Shown: one piece after another, positions 47,880 through 59,999 of the stretch
How the letters are laid out: the number at the start of each line of letters is the position of its first letter
Position numbering within the stretch: the first letter of the stretch is position 1
Assembly (NCBI GenBank): GCA_036172245.1
Contig: JAYWIR010000043.1
Span: 1,240,001 to 1,304,000, forward strand
Length of the DNA stretch: 64,000 nt
Direction: 5' to 3'
From: Raillietiella orientalis
Taxonomy: Eukaryota
Translations under genes and position numbers: made by a program
The notes under the pieces: generated by a model
Told to the model about the DNA's origin: nothing
The model's database searches: none
The model's input: the letters and a program-made list of their open reading frames with translations, nothing else

Positions 47880-49500
47880 AGAATTCCTATCCCGGAGAAG
47901 ATGGGGTTACGTAACCCAGATGAGGGTTGATTGATCCGGAAACCACCATTCCAACTCTGCTGTTCAATGTAATCCTAATGAAATTCAGCTGAATTCTGGA
48001 AGAGTGGACGCGTGTGCGAACAACCTGAATTCCGGAAGCTTCTGCTGCCTCATTAAAAGAGACCAACGAATGGAGGCCAATTTTCATTAGCAATAATATT
48101 GATAGACTTTGCATGGAAACGTCTCAGCATTGAAAGGACGGATGCTAGAAAACAAGGTGGTATGTCCACAACATGAAGCAATTTCACTTTTCGATGGACT
48201 TGTTGGCCAGAACTCTGTTCTACAAACGCGATTGCACCCCTCAAGTCGATGACCCAGAAATATTAGATTGTCCCCAGGTCCGACAAGAGGTGGGGTGAAT
48301 TTACGAAAACAAAGCAAACTATCAGTCTTTTCTGTCCTTCCAATGTTTTCCACTAGGAGCTGCACTGTTTTGTTTTGCTTTTTTTTGTTCATTTCACTTC
48401 GCTTTTGAGTCTATTCGAAGTTTGCGTTCAGGGTGGGCGGGGGATCTTTCCTTTCGCCTGGAAGTAGTCGTCAATCTTCCTGAGGATGCAGCGGTACGAT
48501 GTACAGTTCCAGATCCCGCTGATGATGATGGAAGTCCTTTTAAGTTCTTTTCTGTCTTCGCTGTTTTTTCCCTTCCAGCATTTTTTTTTCCAGATTTTTC
48601 AGGTTTTCTGTTTTATGGTTCGCTAAGTACCAAAAAAAAAGAAAACCTGAAAAATCTGGTCGCTGGTACCTCAAGAGCTGGTCGCGTGCCTCGCGGCGCA
48701 CGTGGCTCTTTGACACTGTTCCACGCCACTTGCGGAATGTGCGTGTTATTTTTCAAGATAGGGGAAGCACCCGGAAGGGGGTCCGCCCTATAAATCCAGA
48801 AAGGCTCGGAGACCGTTCCTCTCACGTTTGGGGAGGGGATGGCACCTCCCTCCCTGGTTGTCTCCGAAGGGGGACCCCGAAGGGAATCTCCTTCCTCATT
48901 CTCTTCGGAGGGACACCCCCCCTCTAACGGGGAGGGGCTGTCCTCTCCATTTCATCTTCTCCGAAGACAGCTCGGAAAGGATCCGCTAGTAGGAATTCTT
49001 CTCCGGAGGGAACCCGCAAGGGAACCGCTCCTGTTCACTCCTCTGAAGAGAACCCCGAAGGGACGCTTCCGAAACTCAGAAGGGGCGCTGCAGCTTCCCG
49101 CAGGGGGATCGCTCCCGCTTGCTTCCTTGCACTCTGTGAAGAGGCGATGACGCGGAGGGTCCCATCTGCAACAGAGGGGTCTGCTCCTTTGAACAAATGG
49201 AGAGGTGCCTGTGAGGGCTCCTGCTCCATCTTGAAACCGGAGGCGGTCCCCCCGGTGACGGGGGTCTACTCTCCTTTGCACACAGGAGGGGTAACTCCCC
49301 ACTCCTTTATTCCTGGAAGAACCCGAAGGTCGACTCCCATTGTTCCGACCTTCATCGGGGGGGCCTCCAGCTTAATCCACCGCCGGGTCCACGTCCGAAT
49401 GATTAGGCCAGCCAGCGCCATCTTGCAGGAAGAACCCAACGACACAGTGACTTCCGTTTCTGCTGGAGTATTCGAACCCGCGACGTACGTTGCCACTCGC
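47880..49500 (-). mobile_element. Probable decayed LINE 5' part (ORF1 with basic tail, APE start)
   Basis: KSHVRRE knuckle-like segment (also seen near 31280), Lys-rich tail, QLLVENIG and DNLIFL (~APE N-terminus). Confidence 0.4.
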
Positions 49501-49649
49501 AGGAGCCTTAACCACAAAGCCTCCCACGCGCGCTCACAGACCGCGCAGTCCCGTGGGCGGCGCCGTCAGCACACGCGCAGCGGCGCAGGCGTGTACGCCC
49601 AAGAGGAGCCGCTCGCGTTTGCCGCCAGCCTTGCTTACAAGGACGGTCC

Positions 49650-50280
49650 TCTTTTTCTTCCGGGAGGATGTTGAGAGCCGACTCCTACGGCCTGTGACGA
49701 TCAGGGGAGTGACTGCAGCCGTGCGAAAAGGCTTGCGATGCGCAGACTCCGAGATCGAGGATGGCAAAGAAGGATCGAATGATGAAAGGCAACGCACAGA
49801 AGATGAATAGAGAGGGCATGCACGCTTCGCCCGTAAGGTCAATACCTACGAATACGCCGGACAGGGAAGGTGAAGATGAACATCGGGATGACTGCGATTG
49901 CTCGAGGTCGATATAGGTATTGCCCCTCGCTGTTATCCCTTATTATCGGACCGGTACTAGGCATGCTGATACCGGTCAACATGTGTTGGGTCACTACCGC
50001 CTCACGTCTGCATGGGGCTGCATTTTCTTGTGGGTACATTCCGGAAAAGGGATTTCATGTGTGTTGTTGAGTTAGCCTGTGATGTGCAGCAAGAATCACT
50101 CGGATTACCCAACACAACTTTCGCAAAAAGTCCCTCTTCGGTTCACTCCTCACCGAGACACATTGAATGCGAACACCCTGCAGGAGAACATTCCACTTTG
50201 TCGCATTCAATGAAACGGATTGATGCTCTCAGTCATGGAAAAAAAGAGTAGCAAGCACAAGAATAGAATCGCGCTATTTC
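49650..50280 (+). mobile_element. Decayed LINE RT fragment
   Basis: CEKACDA (~EKAFD), RGRYRYCPSLLSLIIGPVL (~RGVRQGCPLSxLL..IEPLL), SAWGCI (~SAYADDI). Confidence 0.55.
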
Positions 50281-50299
50281 CCCTTAGACACACGTATTC

Positions 50300-53200
50300 T
50301 CCCTCGTCGTTATGACGAAAGCGTTCTCCAAAGGAACAAGAGCTGTACAAGTTTTGAAGCCATAAATATTATTCTTCTCACAATGTGGAAAGAAAATCTC
50401 TTTCTTCCAGCTGTTTTTTGTTTTGTTCTGAAGAAGAAAACGGTGGAGTGTGAAGCACTGGAGCCGCAAACCCCGAAGAGTGTAGTTGATGGAATACCGC
50501 TGCTGCTCTTAGTGTGGAGAAGTGCTTTTGCCTCATAAAGTATCATCAGCGAAATCGACAGATCAACACGGGATCGTCATCATTGCTTTAGTGCACTGAA
50601 CTCTGAAGGAGTAAGATTTCCAGATGATGAATGGCTCTTCAAGAGTTGCTCTTTCAAGTGCATTAGTGCAGCTGTTAATGCTTTGCTGTTTGGCGAGATG
50701 GCGTCTCTTGTAGTGGAGATTTGTCAGCTCCCACCGTGACAAGAATTTGTTCACGAAAAGAGTGCAGAGCTTCCAAGTTTCTTGTTTTCCTCGAATGAAA
50801 GCCGGAGGGACTCTCTGCAAGGATTGTCAGTTTCCCTAAGGTAACAGTACTTTCCGCATCCATCCAATTTTCAAACCGTGGACTTGTACAAAACACAACA
50901 GCAAGCGAGTGTTCGCCAATGAGACATTGCGTAGGAAATGAGACAACCTTTGCTCCATCACAGTTGGGAAGACATTCGTTGAAATTTGCAGCAAATGGCA
51001 GTATTTGGAATGAAGATTTCAGTTGTGAGTGGGAAGGAAACGTACTAACTACTCTTTGTGGACACTTTGCATCCTCTGCGGTGTTGAGTTACAGTGCGCT
51101 ATCCCAAAGTCACTTGTCACATTGTGCAGGAGGCTGGTTGTGATTTCTTCCAGGTTCACCGACAGGAGTTTCGTCTGCTGAACGAAGGTCTTTATGAGGA
51201 ATCGCCGCGAGATGGCCAATGTGGGAAGTAATACAAACGAACTTGCCAGCATCCTCCGAAGGATAAATGGGACGTCGAGGTTCATCACTGCCGAGCATTC
51301 TGCACGTTGTAGGGCCAAGGGTCCTACCGAATTTGCATGTTTCATTTGAGAACAAATGCCCCACGGTGACCGCGGGAAACAGCTGAGCCGGAGCCCAGTG
51401 TTTATGATTTCCGTAATCGAAAATGGCTCTTTGAGGCGCTCTGTCGCCTCCTCTCCAATAGTGGAGGTACAATTCTCTAGCAGCAATCGCTGTGAAAAGG
51501 CTCTCTCCACCGTCGCCTTTCTGTAGAAAGGGGAGTGAAGGTCACGCACTGATCACTTCTCTTCCGAAGGTGCCGAGCACTACCGACTGTGGTCGTCCAA
51601 CAGACAGGTCTCACCAGACCGCCACACTTGCCTCTCGACTCCGACCTTGAACTCGGCCGACCTACGCACGTCGGCCGAATTCAAGGTCGGAGCCCAGAGA
51701 GTGTGTGCTCCTGCAGAAATTCTCTGCTGCTGTCCTCCCCCTCTCCAAATCCGGATGGGAGAAGAGATAGTGGGAAGTACTCTCTGGACCCTCGGACCGA
51801 GACCATGAAATGATCCCAATCCTCGAGCCTGAGAACGATGAAGCCTAGAAGAAAACCATGGAGTATTCCCGCAGCTTCCGGGGGGCTCAGCCAGTCTCCA
51901 AGCAACCTCACCACTTTGATTGATAGTCCCTTCCCTGGAGGACAAAACTCGAACGCGAGCCTGCGATGGTCCAAGAGAACCGACGTCCTTCTTCGTCGAT
52001 AGCCCACCCGGCAACACCGGTGTTCTCCAAGGAAGGCATGGTTGATGGCTTCCTGCATCCCAGATTTTTCAGCCAAGTTGCATGAATGCATGGATGCATC
52101 TGCGCCCACTTGCCACAAGACAGCAGACGTACGTTGACGTTTTCCTCCCAGTCACGCCGGGGCGTTTATTTTATAAAAATAAGCCAGTTGGGAACAGAGT
52201 TCCCAACCAAAGACAAAAGAAGTTCAAGGGAAGTGTTCACTGACACTGAGGTCAGAATTCCTGTCCGGGGAGGGACTGAGGAAAAGGGTGTCAACCAGAA
52301 TCAGGAAATACGGGAGCGATGTGGCAAGTCTTTGGTGTTGCTTAGAAGACATCGGCAGAAATATAGAAAATAACGGAAAAAGTATGGAGAAAAAAGGAAG
52401 TGCTCCATGGAAAAATAAATAAACAAATGAAGGGAGACTGGGGACAAATGAGACCAGTACCGGCTGTTCCCAGTCTTCAGCTTTCTTGGATTGCTGGTTG
52501 TCAGCATCTTGGCATTTGAGTACTTTCGCATCACTGGAGGTGCCAAAGGCTTCCTCTCCATCCTCAAAGAAGCAAGCTACTCCTGGGACCACTATCCAGT
52601 TGTCCTTCCGTAATACCGAATCTGACCTTAGAGTTGAATCAGAACCAGGGAGATGCTGATTCTTGGACATCAGTTACTATTCTTGCACCTTCCACCGCTG
52701 CTGATCTTGTTCATAATCGCATCATGCCGGACCGTGTGTAGATGAGGATGAAGAGACGTGCGTGGAATGTTCTTGCAGTGCTTCGTTGCGTGTCTCCTCT
52801 TACAGGTCATAACCACGACGTGAGCGATCAGAATTCCACATCTGGCACTGATTGCCCCTCCTATGAGATGCAGATTGAGCCTTGCAGCGTCAGTGGATCT
52901 GTCGTCCGCAGATCCCATGTGGTCACCATTTGTAAGAAAATAGCCCGAGGAGCCATGCAGCTCTAGCGCGAAGCACACCGTTTTCTCTTATATCCAGATG
53001 TTTCTCCATCATTCATTATCATGGCTCCTCTAGTTGTGCTGCTTTTACGAAAGGAGATTTTTTCTTCTCAAGCAGAATGAAGAATCATCTCTCCGATTCG
53101 AATTGTCGGTTCTTCTCGCTGAAATTTGCGAACTGCTCCTGATCTTGACGCAGCCCGTTTTCCGACGTTTCACAAGCTTCGTATGTCCCCACTGATTCCA

Positions 53201-53350
53201 AAACACTTCCTGGATGTGTCGCCCGACGTAAATTTGCCAACATCACTCTCCGTGGGGGGTCTAAAAATTTTTACTAGCCAGCACCTCACGGAGAGTTTCA
53301 ATGACAGCTTCACCCGGTGAGAAGGATGAATCCAGAAAACCGAGCACTCG
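50300..53350 (-). mobile_element. Decayed LINE ORF2 (APE, RT, post-RT)
   Basis: LVKIFRPP (~NIYxP), ISGDIR (~GDFN), GDH (~SDH), NAPA*LG (~APGxDG), SREFLQEHTLSG (~RGxxQGxPLS), LLDD (~YADD). Confidence 0.55.
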
Positions 53351-53399
53351 AGTCCAAATTTCCAGGAAGTTTTTTTCATTTTCGCTTCGGAACTTTTCC

Positions 53400-53798
53400 C
53401 GCTGAAGGACTTCATTGCTAGCACTCTCAAGGAAGGATTCCTTGCTCCAGGAGTGCAAAGTGCGAACAAAGGTAACTCGAATGCAACTTATCCTCTTGAC
53501 TGAAAACTGGGGACCACCGCTTCAAGGCCAGAAGGTTCTAGAACTTTGCTACGGGAACGGAGAAGGTGCTTTCGCAAAAGAAAAAGCCCAACAACTACCA
53601 ACGCTCGCGGGATATACGAACCAAACAGCAAAATAAAAAGAGTAATCAATAGCGCCAAAAAGACATGATCAACGAAACACTTTCAGATTTCACGAAACGA
53701 CCCAAACAAACACGCACCTAGATCACTAAAGAAGAGCGCCAGTGGCGACGTTAATGTCGCCTTTGACACTGCTAGCAGCGACAGGGACACATCGTCAC
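53400..53798 (+). mobile_element. Decayed APE fragment
   Basis: DSLLQECK (~LQETK) and SGDVNVAFD...DR (~GDFNxxxD..DR). Confidence 0.55.
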
Positions 53799-56700
53799 AG
53801 CTCACAGCATGCAAGTGAAGTTCCTGACGCATAGCTTCAAAGATCTTCTCTTTGCTGATGACGTTCAGGCACGTTCTGCAGGCGTTGTCAGTGCATGCGC
53901 GATTTCCCGTGTTGCCCTCGGGCGAAACATGCAGAGCAGCCGCCGGTTCCCAACGAAACCGCCCACAATTTGTAGACGCACATCTCAACGTGCTGAAACA
54001 ACGCACAGTCGTGAGGTCACGGAGGATGAAGAAAGCAGGAATGAGCAGCTGGAACCCGCATCGTGACTACCGAAACGTCCGAGTCAGGAAGCACCGATCA
54101 AGGCATCTGTCCTGCCTCGCATCTCACGGCGCGTTGCGGACCGATCACCACTTTGAGCAGTGGGCGGGCTCCGATTCACATGGCCTCGAGGCAGTCGCCG
54201 TTGCATCATCGCCTTACATCACCTGACCCGCTTTCTCAGCGTGACCTGAGTCCAGATCGTTCGATGGCACCCATCGCGGAAGGCCATGGCCGAGGAGCCA
54301 GCAAACGGCGTTGGCCGCGAGCGAAGCAATCACCACAGCCGAATAGAAAATTAAGCTGTAGCTGACGCGGAGCTGGAAGCCAAAGAAGGAAAACGGGAAA
54401 GCCATACAGGCAGGCGTAGGCCTTCCCTGAAGAGCAATTCAGGGGGACGATGCAAGGCATTTTTTTTGCATGGGAGACGAACACTGCCACCGAAAGTGGG
54501 CGAAACTACAGAGAACACTTGCCAGCAAACAAGAGTAAGCGATAAACGCTTTCTCCAAGAACGCTGATTCTCTTCTCAACATCCATGTTGACATCCAGAG
54601 CTCGCCATGCCCTAGCGTGGCCACTGTCCCTCCGCGTCTCACCGATCTCGCTTTTCAGCTGCAAACCACGCGAGCAGTTCGCCTTCTTCCACTTCCGCGC
54701 TCGCCTCGACTTCCCAGCGAAGAAATGTGGCAAGAAATGCCGAACGTGCGACCCAGGCAGCGTCTCGCGCATCCTCTGGCACAAGGTCCGCTACGCATCT
54801 GGATGGTGCATGAGAGCGAAGTGATTCCGTGTCACGTCAACAGGACGCACACGGGTGAGCTGGCGAAAAGTTGAAAATTTCTCCTCGCTGCCAAGTGAAA
54901 CCATGCAAGAGTCGCCCCGCAACCTGGACGGATGCGTACCACGAAAACCTCTTCCATGACAACCTTCAGCAAACTCTCGGAACACTTGGAAACCTGTCCA
55001 CCGGACCCTCGATCGGCTTCCAATCAAATGCGGCGGAGGACGCATAGCAGGCAACACCGCCATGCAATGTGCTCCTTTCTGAGGTCGAGAGAGTGGCACG
55101 ACCTCCAAATCCAACCGCAAAGGCCGTCTTGCTGCACAAATTGGCACTCTTTGCTCGTCAGTGGGGCGCGCCAAGAGCACAGAAGGGTGCGCCGAATGAT
55201 GGGCGGCGCACCTACGAATTCTGCCTGTACGATGAGCAGCAGCCTGTCTCCATGGCTGCACGCGCTCCGTGTCTCCCCCCTGGGCATGAAGCGCGTTCTT
55301 CTAGATGGAACACTGTCCCCTTCCAGTTTGCTGTGCACGGATGGCATCTTTGGGTAGGTTAAGATGCACAAGGGAAGAAAGTGACCACGTCGAAGGTAAC
55401 GACGGTCTTATGGAAGCGCTTCGCTTGCAGACGATCCGAATCGTCGCTTGCTGAGGTCCTTCTTTGGCAGGTTGCATTTTCGAATGGTGTCACGGGCGCT
55501 AACGGACGTAGCCTGCGGATGTGCCTTTGCATGTTGGCAGTCAGACTGCCCCCCATAAATACGCTGCTTGCAATCGGCACGCAGAAAGCACAGCCAGACC
55601 GTGGCGTGTGTCGTTGCTTCGACGAAGTGAATGTCGAGATCCTTTTTCACGTAAGCATACCGTTTGAAGGTTAGCTTGACCATGAATAAGAGTGCTTATT
55701 TATTTGAGAGAGTAGTGAGTGTAATCAAGGAAGGAAATGAAAAAAGAGTGAACGAAATTCTAAAATCCCTTGGCATATACACACCGCAAATATGGAAAAC
55801 TTACTTGCTACTTCGAGATGCTTTTAAAGATGATCCTTGTCGCGTGGTCGAGTGTCTCTTAGGCAAGGGGGACTCGGCTTTAAAGACACCTTACGACCAA
55901 TCTCTCACGTCACTGCACATAGCTGTGATTCTGGGAGACCGGTCGAAAGTTGATTTTCTTTTGAATAACGATGAGAATGTAAATAGTGCAGATGAAAGAG
56001 GAAGGAGTGCCCTTCATTTGGTTGCAAAGCACGAGAACCGCGCAATTGCTAGATTGCTATTATGTAGGGGAGCAGTTGCTAATGCTGTGGACGAAAATGG
56101 GATCACTCCTCTGCACATGGCTGCTGAAGAAGGATCTCTAGCGATCGCTGAGGAACTTCTCAAACATGGAGTTGATGCGAATTTTCCTACGGGCATCAAT
56201 CTTATACCACACTATTTGGAAAAATACTTCAAAAGAGCCCTGTATTCTGGACGTCTTCAAGGTTCAGCTGAAGCCACAGCAACCGAAGGCACATCTTCTC
56301 GCGTTACTTCCAGGAAACCACGTTTTCGAAACAAAAAAAATGCTTCCTCCACGTACGTGCTTGGTACGACGGCACTCCATATCGCCGCGGCTAAAAGAAA
56401 TGCAGAATTAGTAAAACTTCTCTTGGATTTCCATTCCAATGTCAATTCGAAGAGCATGGATGGAGCAACCGCCCTTCATGTTGCTTCTAGGAAATCAAAT
56501 GAGAAAGTAGTAAAACTTCTCTTAGATGCTAATGCATACATCGGTGCCATCGACGGAAAGGGTTCAACTCCTCTACACGAAGCTGTTAAGTATCAGAGAG
56601 TTGAGATAGCGGAACTTCTTTTGAAGCACGAAGCACGTGTGAACTTTAAGAGAAAGGACGGGAGGACTCCGCTTCATCTTGCCGTCGAGAATAAAAGTGA

Positions 56701-58137
56701 TACACTCGTAAAGCTCCTATTGGATTACAAAGCAGATATCAATGCTCAGGACACATATGGAACAACAGTTCTTCATATGCTCACTTTTTGTGGAAGCATA
56801 AAAGTTGCTGAAACACTGCTAGAACACGAGCCTGATATGAATGTGGTAAATGGGAATAACGCAACAGCCTTGGATGTGGCTCTTGATACCCTTTGTGGTA
56901 GTAGGTATTATGGGCGAGAGTTGATAGTACCTGTAGCTAAGCTCATAATACAGCATGCTTGCAAGATCTGCAGCATCGGGGACTCTTTAAGTATGTCAAA
57001 TGCATTGCCCCTTTCTGAATTCAATGACACCATAGAGTTTGTTAGAGATTGTGAATGTGAACTGGAGTTGATGAAGCACTGGAAAATTGGAAACTCCTTC
57101 ATGCACGATATCTTAACTGGAAGTGTTCAGAAGGTGTCTGCATACATGAGGAATTCCAGCATGGCTGACTTCCTCAAATCGGATTGGTACAAAGAGGAAT
57201 TTCCAATGTTTGCAAGTATGATAAAACAGCAGATTAAGAAGGCAGTAAAAAGGAATGAGCTACTGGAGGATTTTTACAGAGTTTTCCATTCTGCTCACAA
57301 CAGCTGCCGCATTCTGCCATACACGTTTGCTGAAAGCCTCAGCAATTGCTTGCGGGATCAAGACCTGAAAAGTTACATACGTGGCCTGCAGAACGTGGAC
57401 GCCTGTGATTGAGATGCAGCAGAAAAATGATGCTGAATTTCGTGGACTTCTTCAGCTACAGCGAAAGATTTGAGCACGTGGAGAGGAAGCAACTTTCGAA
57501 ACAGCTTCACGAAGAGTGTTTCCTTTCTGTTGATACCCCAAATAGGATCCTTTTCCTCCCTATTACGCAGCCCATGTCTACTCCCCCTGAAGCTTCCCTA
57601 CTGGATCTATTGAAACCGAAACCTGAAGAACGAAGTAACCGCCATTCTCAGAAAGTGGTTAATGGAAAGTGCAGCAGGGTCTACCACAGGGGCATGGCTT
57701 CTTCCTCGCACTTCACAAGTGATGCTTGTGAAACTGATGGGAGAAGCCCACTGGACCATGGAAAAATTCAACCTAGCCGGAACCCTGCACTAGAATGGAA
57801 GAGCAGCTCGTGGATGCAGATCGTGATGGATACTCTCACCTTCGAAATTTCAATGATGCAGCTCACACCACTTTTGAAGTCCAGCTAAGAGACTATGACT
57901 GAATGTTTCTGTTTCCTGAGCAAAAATTCTGACATGCAATAAATAGTAACTTTTACATTTCATTGCATGCAATTGAAAAACTGAATAGGGGGCTGCAAGT
58001 GAACTTTCGAACGCATCGCCACCAATCTGGGAAGGATGCTGATGGTTAGGCTACATGATGAGAATGGGAAACTCTCCCAAAAGGTGATGCCGACATCTGA
58101 ATACGCGAAATCCTAAAAAAAGAACTCCTTTGCTGAA
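53799..58137. repeat. Inverted repeat 2, right arm (probably the derived copy)
   Basis: Reverse complement of 39928-44266. Both ends cut neighbouring features. Confidence 0.98.
55682..57412 (+). CDS. Ankyrin-repeat + PRANC-like protein (ANK-4, 576 aa from first ATG)
   Basis: Intact ORF with about 9 repeats and a PRANC-like C-terminus. Confidence 0.92.
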   Translation: MNKSAYLFERVVSVIKEGNEKRVNEILKSLGIYTPQIWKTYLLLRDAFKDDPCRVVECLLGKGDSALKTPYDQSLTSLHIAVILGDRSKVDFLLNNDENVNSADERGRSALHLVAKHENRAIARLLLCRGAVANAVDENGITPLHMAAEEGSLAIAEELLKHGVDANFPTGINLIPHYLEKYFKRALYSGRLQGSAEATATEGTSSRVTSRKPRFRNKKNASSTYVLGTTALHIAAAKRNAELVKLLLDFHSNVNSKSMDGATALHVASRKSNEKVVKLLLDANAYIGAIDGKGSTPLHEAVKYQRVEIAELLLKHEARVNFKRKDGRTPLHLAVENKSDTLVKLLLDYKADINAQDTYGTTVLHMLTFCGSIKVAETLLEHEPDMNVVNGNNATALDVALDTLCGSRYYGRELIVPVAKLIIQHACKICSIGDSLSMSNALPLSEFNDTIEFVRDCECELELMKHWKIGNSFMHDILTGSVQKVSAYMRNSSMADFLKSDWYKEEFPMFASMIKQQIKKAVKRNELLEDFYRVFHSAHNSCRILPYTFAESLSNCLRDQDLKSYIRGLQNVDACD

Positions 58138-58142
58138 CTGCT

Positions 58143-59973
58143 TTGAGATGCGACGTCAGAGTGCATAGATTGCTTCATCTGGCGACTCTTTCTGCTGACA
58201 AGGCGACTGTGAAAAATTTTTTGAATAGAGGGGCGGAAGTGAATTCCCGGAATGGTATTGGATGCACTGCGCTCCATTTTGCGGTACTGCGGAACGATCT
58301 GAGGATAGTGAGATTGCTTTTAAGAAGAGGAGCGTTCGTCAATGCCACAGACAGATTTGGGGTTGCTCCCCTTCATATTGCTGCCGAGAAAGGATCTACG
58401 GCAGTGCTTATGGACCTCCTGAATTGTGCTGCGAATGTGAACCTCGTCGTAAAGTTTGAATTTTCTTCAAAACTGTATAAAAGGAAGAAATTTCGCCCGT
58501 CTGTGACAAATTCCACATCCTCCGCTGATGCTCCCAACGACTCCGTCACCATCTCCGATGTTGAATCTCTAGAGTGGAATCGGAGTGCCTTCAAGACTCC
58601 GTTCTATTACAAGCTTAATACTTATTTCAAGTACATGGCTGGAAGCACCGCACTTCACATTGCTGCGCATAACGAGAATTGCGAATCGGTGAAGCTCCTT
58701 CTGACCAACGGAGCCGACGTGAACTCCAAACTGAAGGACGGATCGACTGCGCTCCACATTGCCTGCAGAAGAAACAACTGGCGACTCGTAAAGCTTCTGG
58801 TTGGCTTCCAGGCTGATGTGAGCGCCAAGGACGCCAATGGGATCACCCCCCTTCAGATAGCTACCCTACAAGGGAACCTCAAGCTCATGAAACTCCTCTT
58901 GGATTGCAAGGCGGAAGTGGATGCCATGAACTGTCTCGGAACGACCGCGCTTCATATTGCTTCTGCCGATTCCGGGAGCTCACTGGCAGAACTGCTTCTG
59001 CAGTACGGAGCGGACGTCAACGTGAAGAGGACGCTGGACGGATCGACTGCACTTCACATTGCTACGAGCGTCTCATCTCCGAATGTGGTGAGTCTCCTTT
59101 TGGATCACAATGCAGACGTTAACGCCACTGATTGCTACGGGGAAACAGCTTTTTACATAGCTGTGTGGAGAAGGAAAATCGAGGTAGGGAGACTTCTTGA
59201 AATTGAAATCTAATGTTGTTGATGACGGTCAGTGTGAAAGAAATTTCCATCTGGCTCCTTTGTTCGCAGACATACGTATCGTTATGGATCTACTGGAACA
59301 CAGAGCGGATATTAACGTGGAGAATCAAGACGAACGGACACCCTTGGATTTCTCTATACTGATTCTCTATCATGCCTTCTATTTACGCAGCTCTTCTGAT
59401 TATCCTTTGGAATTTAAGATCAAGCGTAATTTTGATCGTGCAGCCAAGCTTGTTGTACAGTATGCTTTGATGCTCAAATCTTCCGGAAACTATGTGAGTA
59501 CTCATAATTCGAAATCCATTCAGAATTCCAAGGGCGAAGATTTGAGCTTTTTTATCGACCAATGTGAGAACGAACTCGAAAAGATGAAGTGCCGGAAGTT
59601 CAAAACGAACGCTTTGTTTCATGATGTTCTCGTAAAACGCACTGACGAGTTGATGCCCATTCTGAAGAATCCAAAGATCAGTAAGATCTTCAGATCAGCA
59701 CGTTACAAATCAGAATTTCCGATGTTTGCTTCGTTCATTACATATAAGTTGAAGAATATGGAAAAAAGGCGGAAGATGCTGAAGTGCTGCTATCCCGGTT
59801 TAGGTTATGTTTTCCCGTACTACTCCAGTTTACCGCAGACTTGCACAGAAATCATAGAGCGCAATTTGACTGATAGAGACCTAAGAAATCTGCTGCATGC
59901 TTTCGAAACTCGCTTCTATTCGCAACCGGGAGCACAGAAAAAGGCTCTGAATCTTCTGTTCCATAGTGCGTGA
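58143..59973 (+). pseudogene. Divergent ankyrin + PRANC-like gene (ANK-5), one frameshift at ~59200 and no obvious ATG start
   Basis: ORFs 58143-59213 (repeats) and 59197-59973 (last repeats + PRANC CENELEKMK...FPMFASFI...LPQTCTEIIERNLTDRDL) join if one A is removed from GAAATTG. It begins 6 bp after the inverted-repeat boundary. Confidence 0.85.
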
Positions 59974-59999
59974 ATTTCCAAAGCGAAGATGGCAAACGA

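Noticed and set aside
49290..49430. Tyrosine recombinase C-terminal motif (TPHSF...IGGASSL)
   Set aside because: The HxxR motif and downstream W/Y residues are missing, and no upstream domain is visible.
18611..59973. Poxvirus or giant-virus terminal region, or an endosymbiont (Wolbachia-like) contig
   Set aside because: No viral core or bacterial housekeeping genes, very low coding density, and intergenic DNA consisting of eukaryotic LINE relics.
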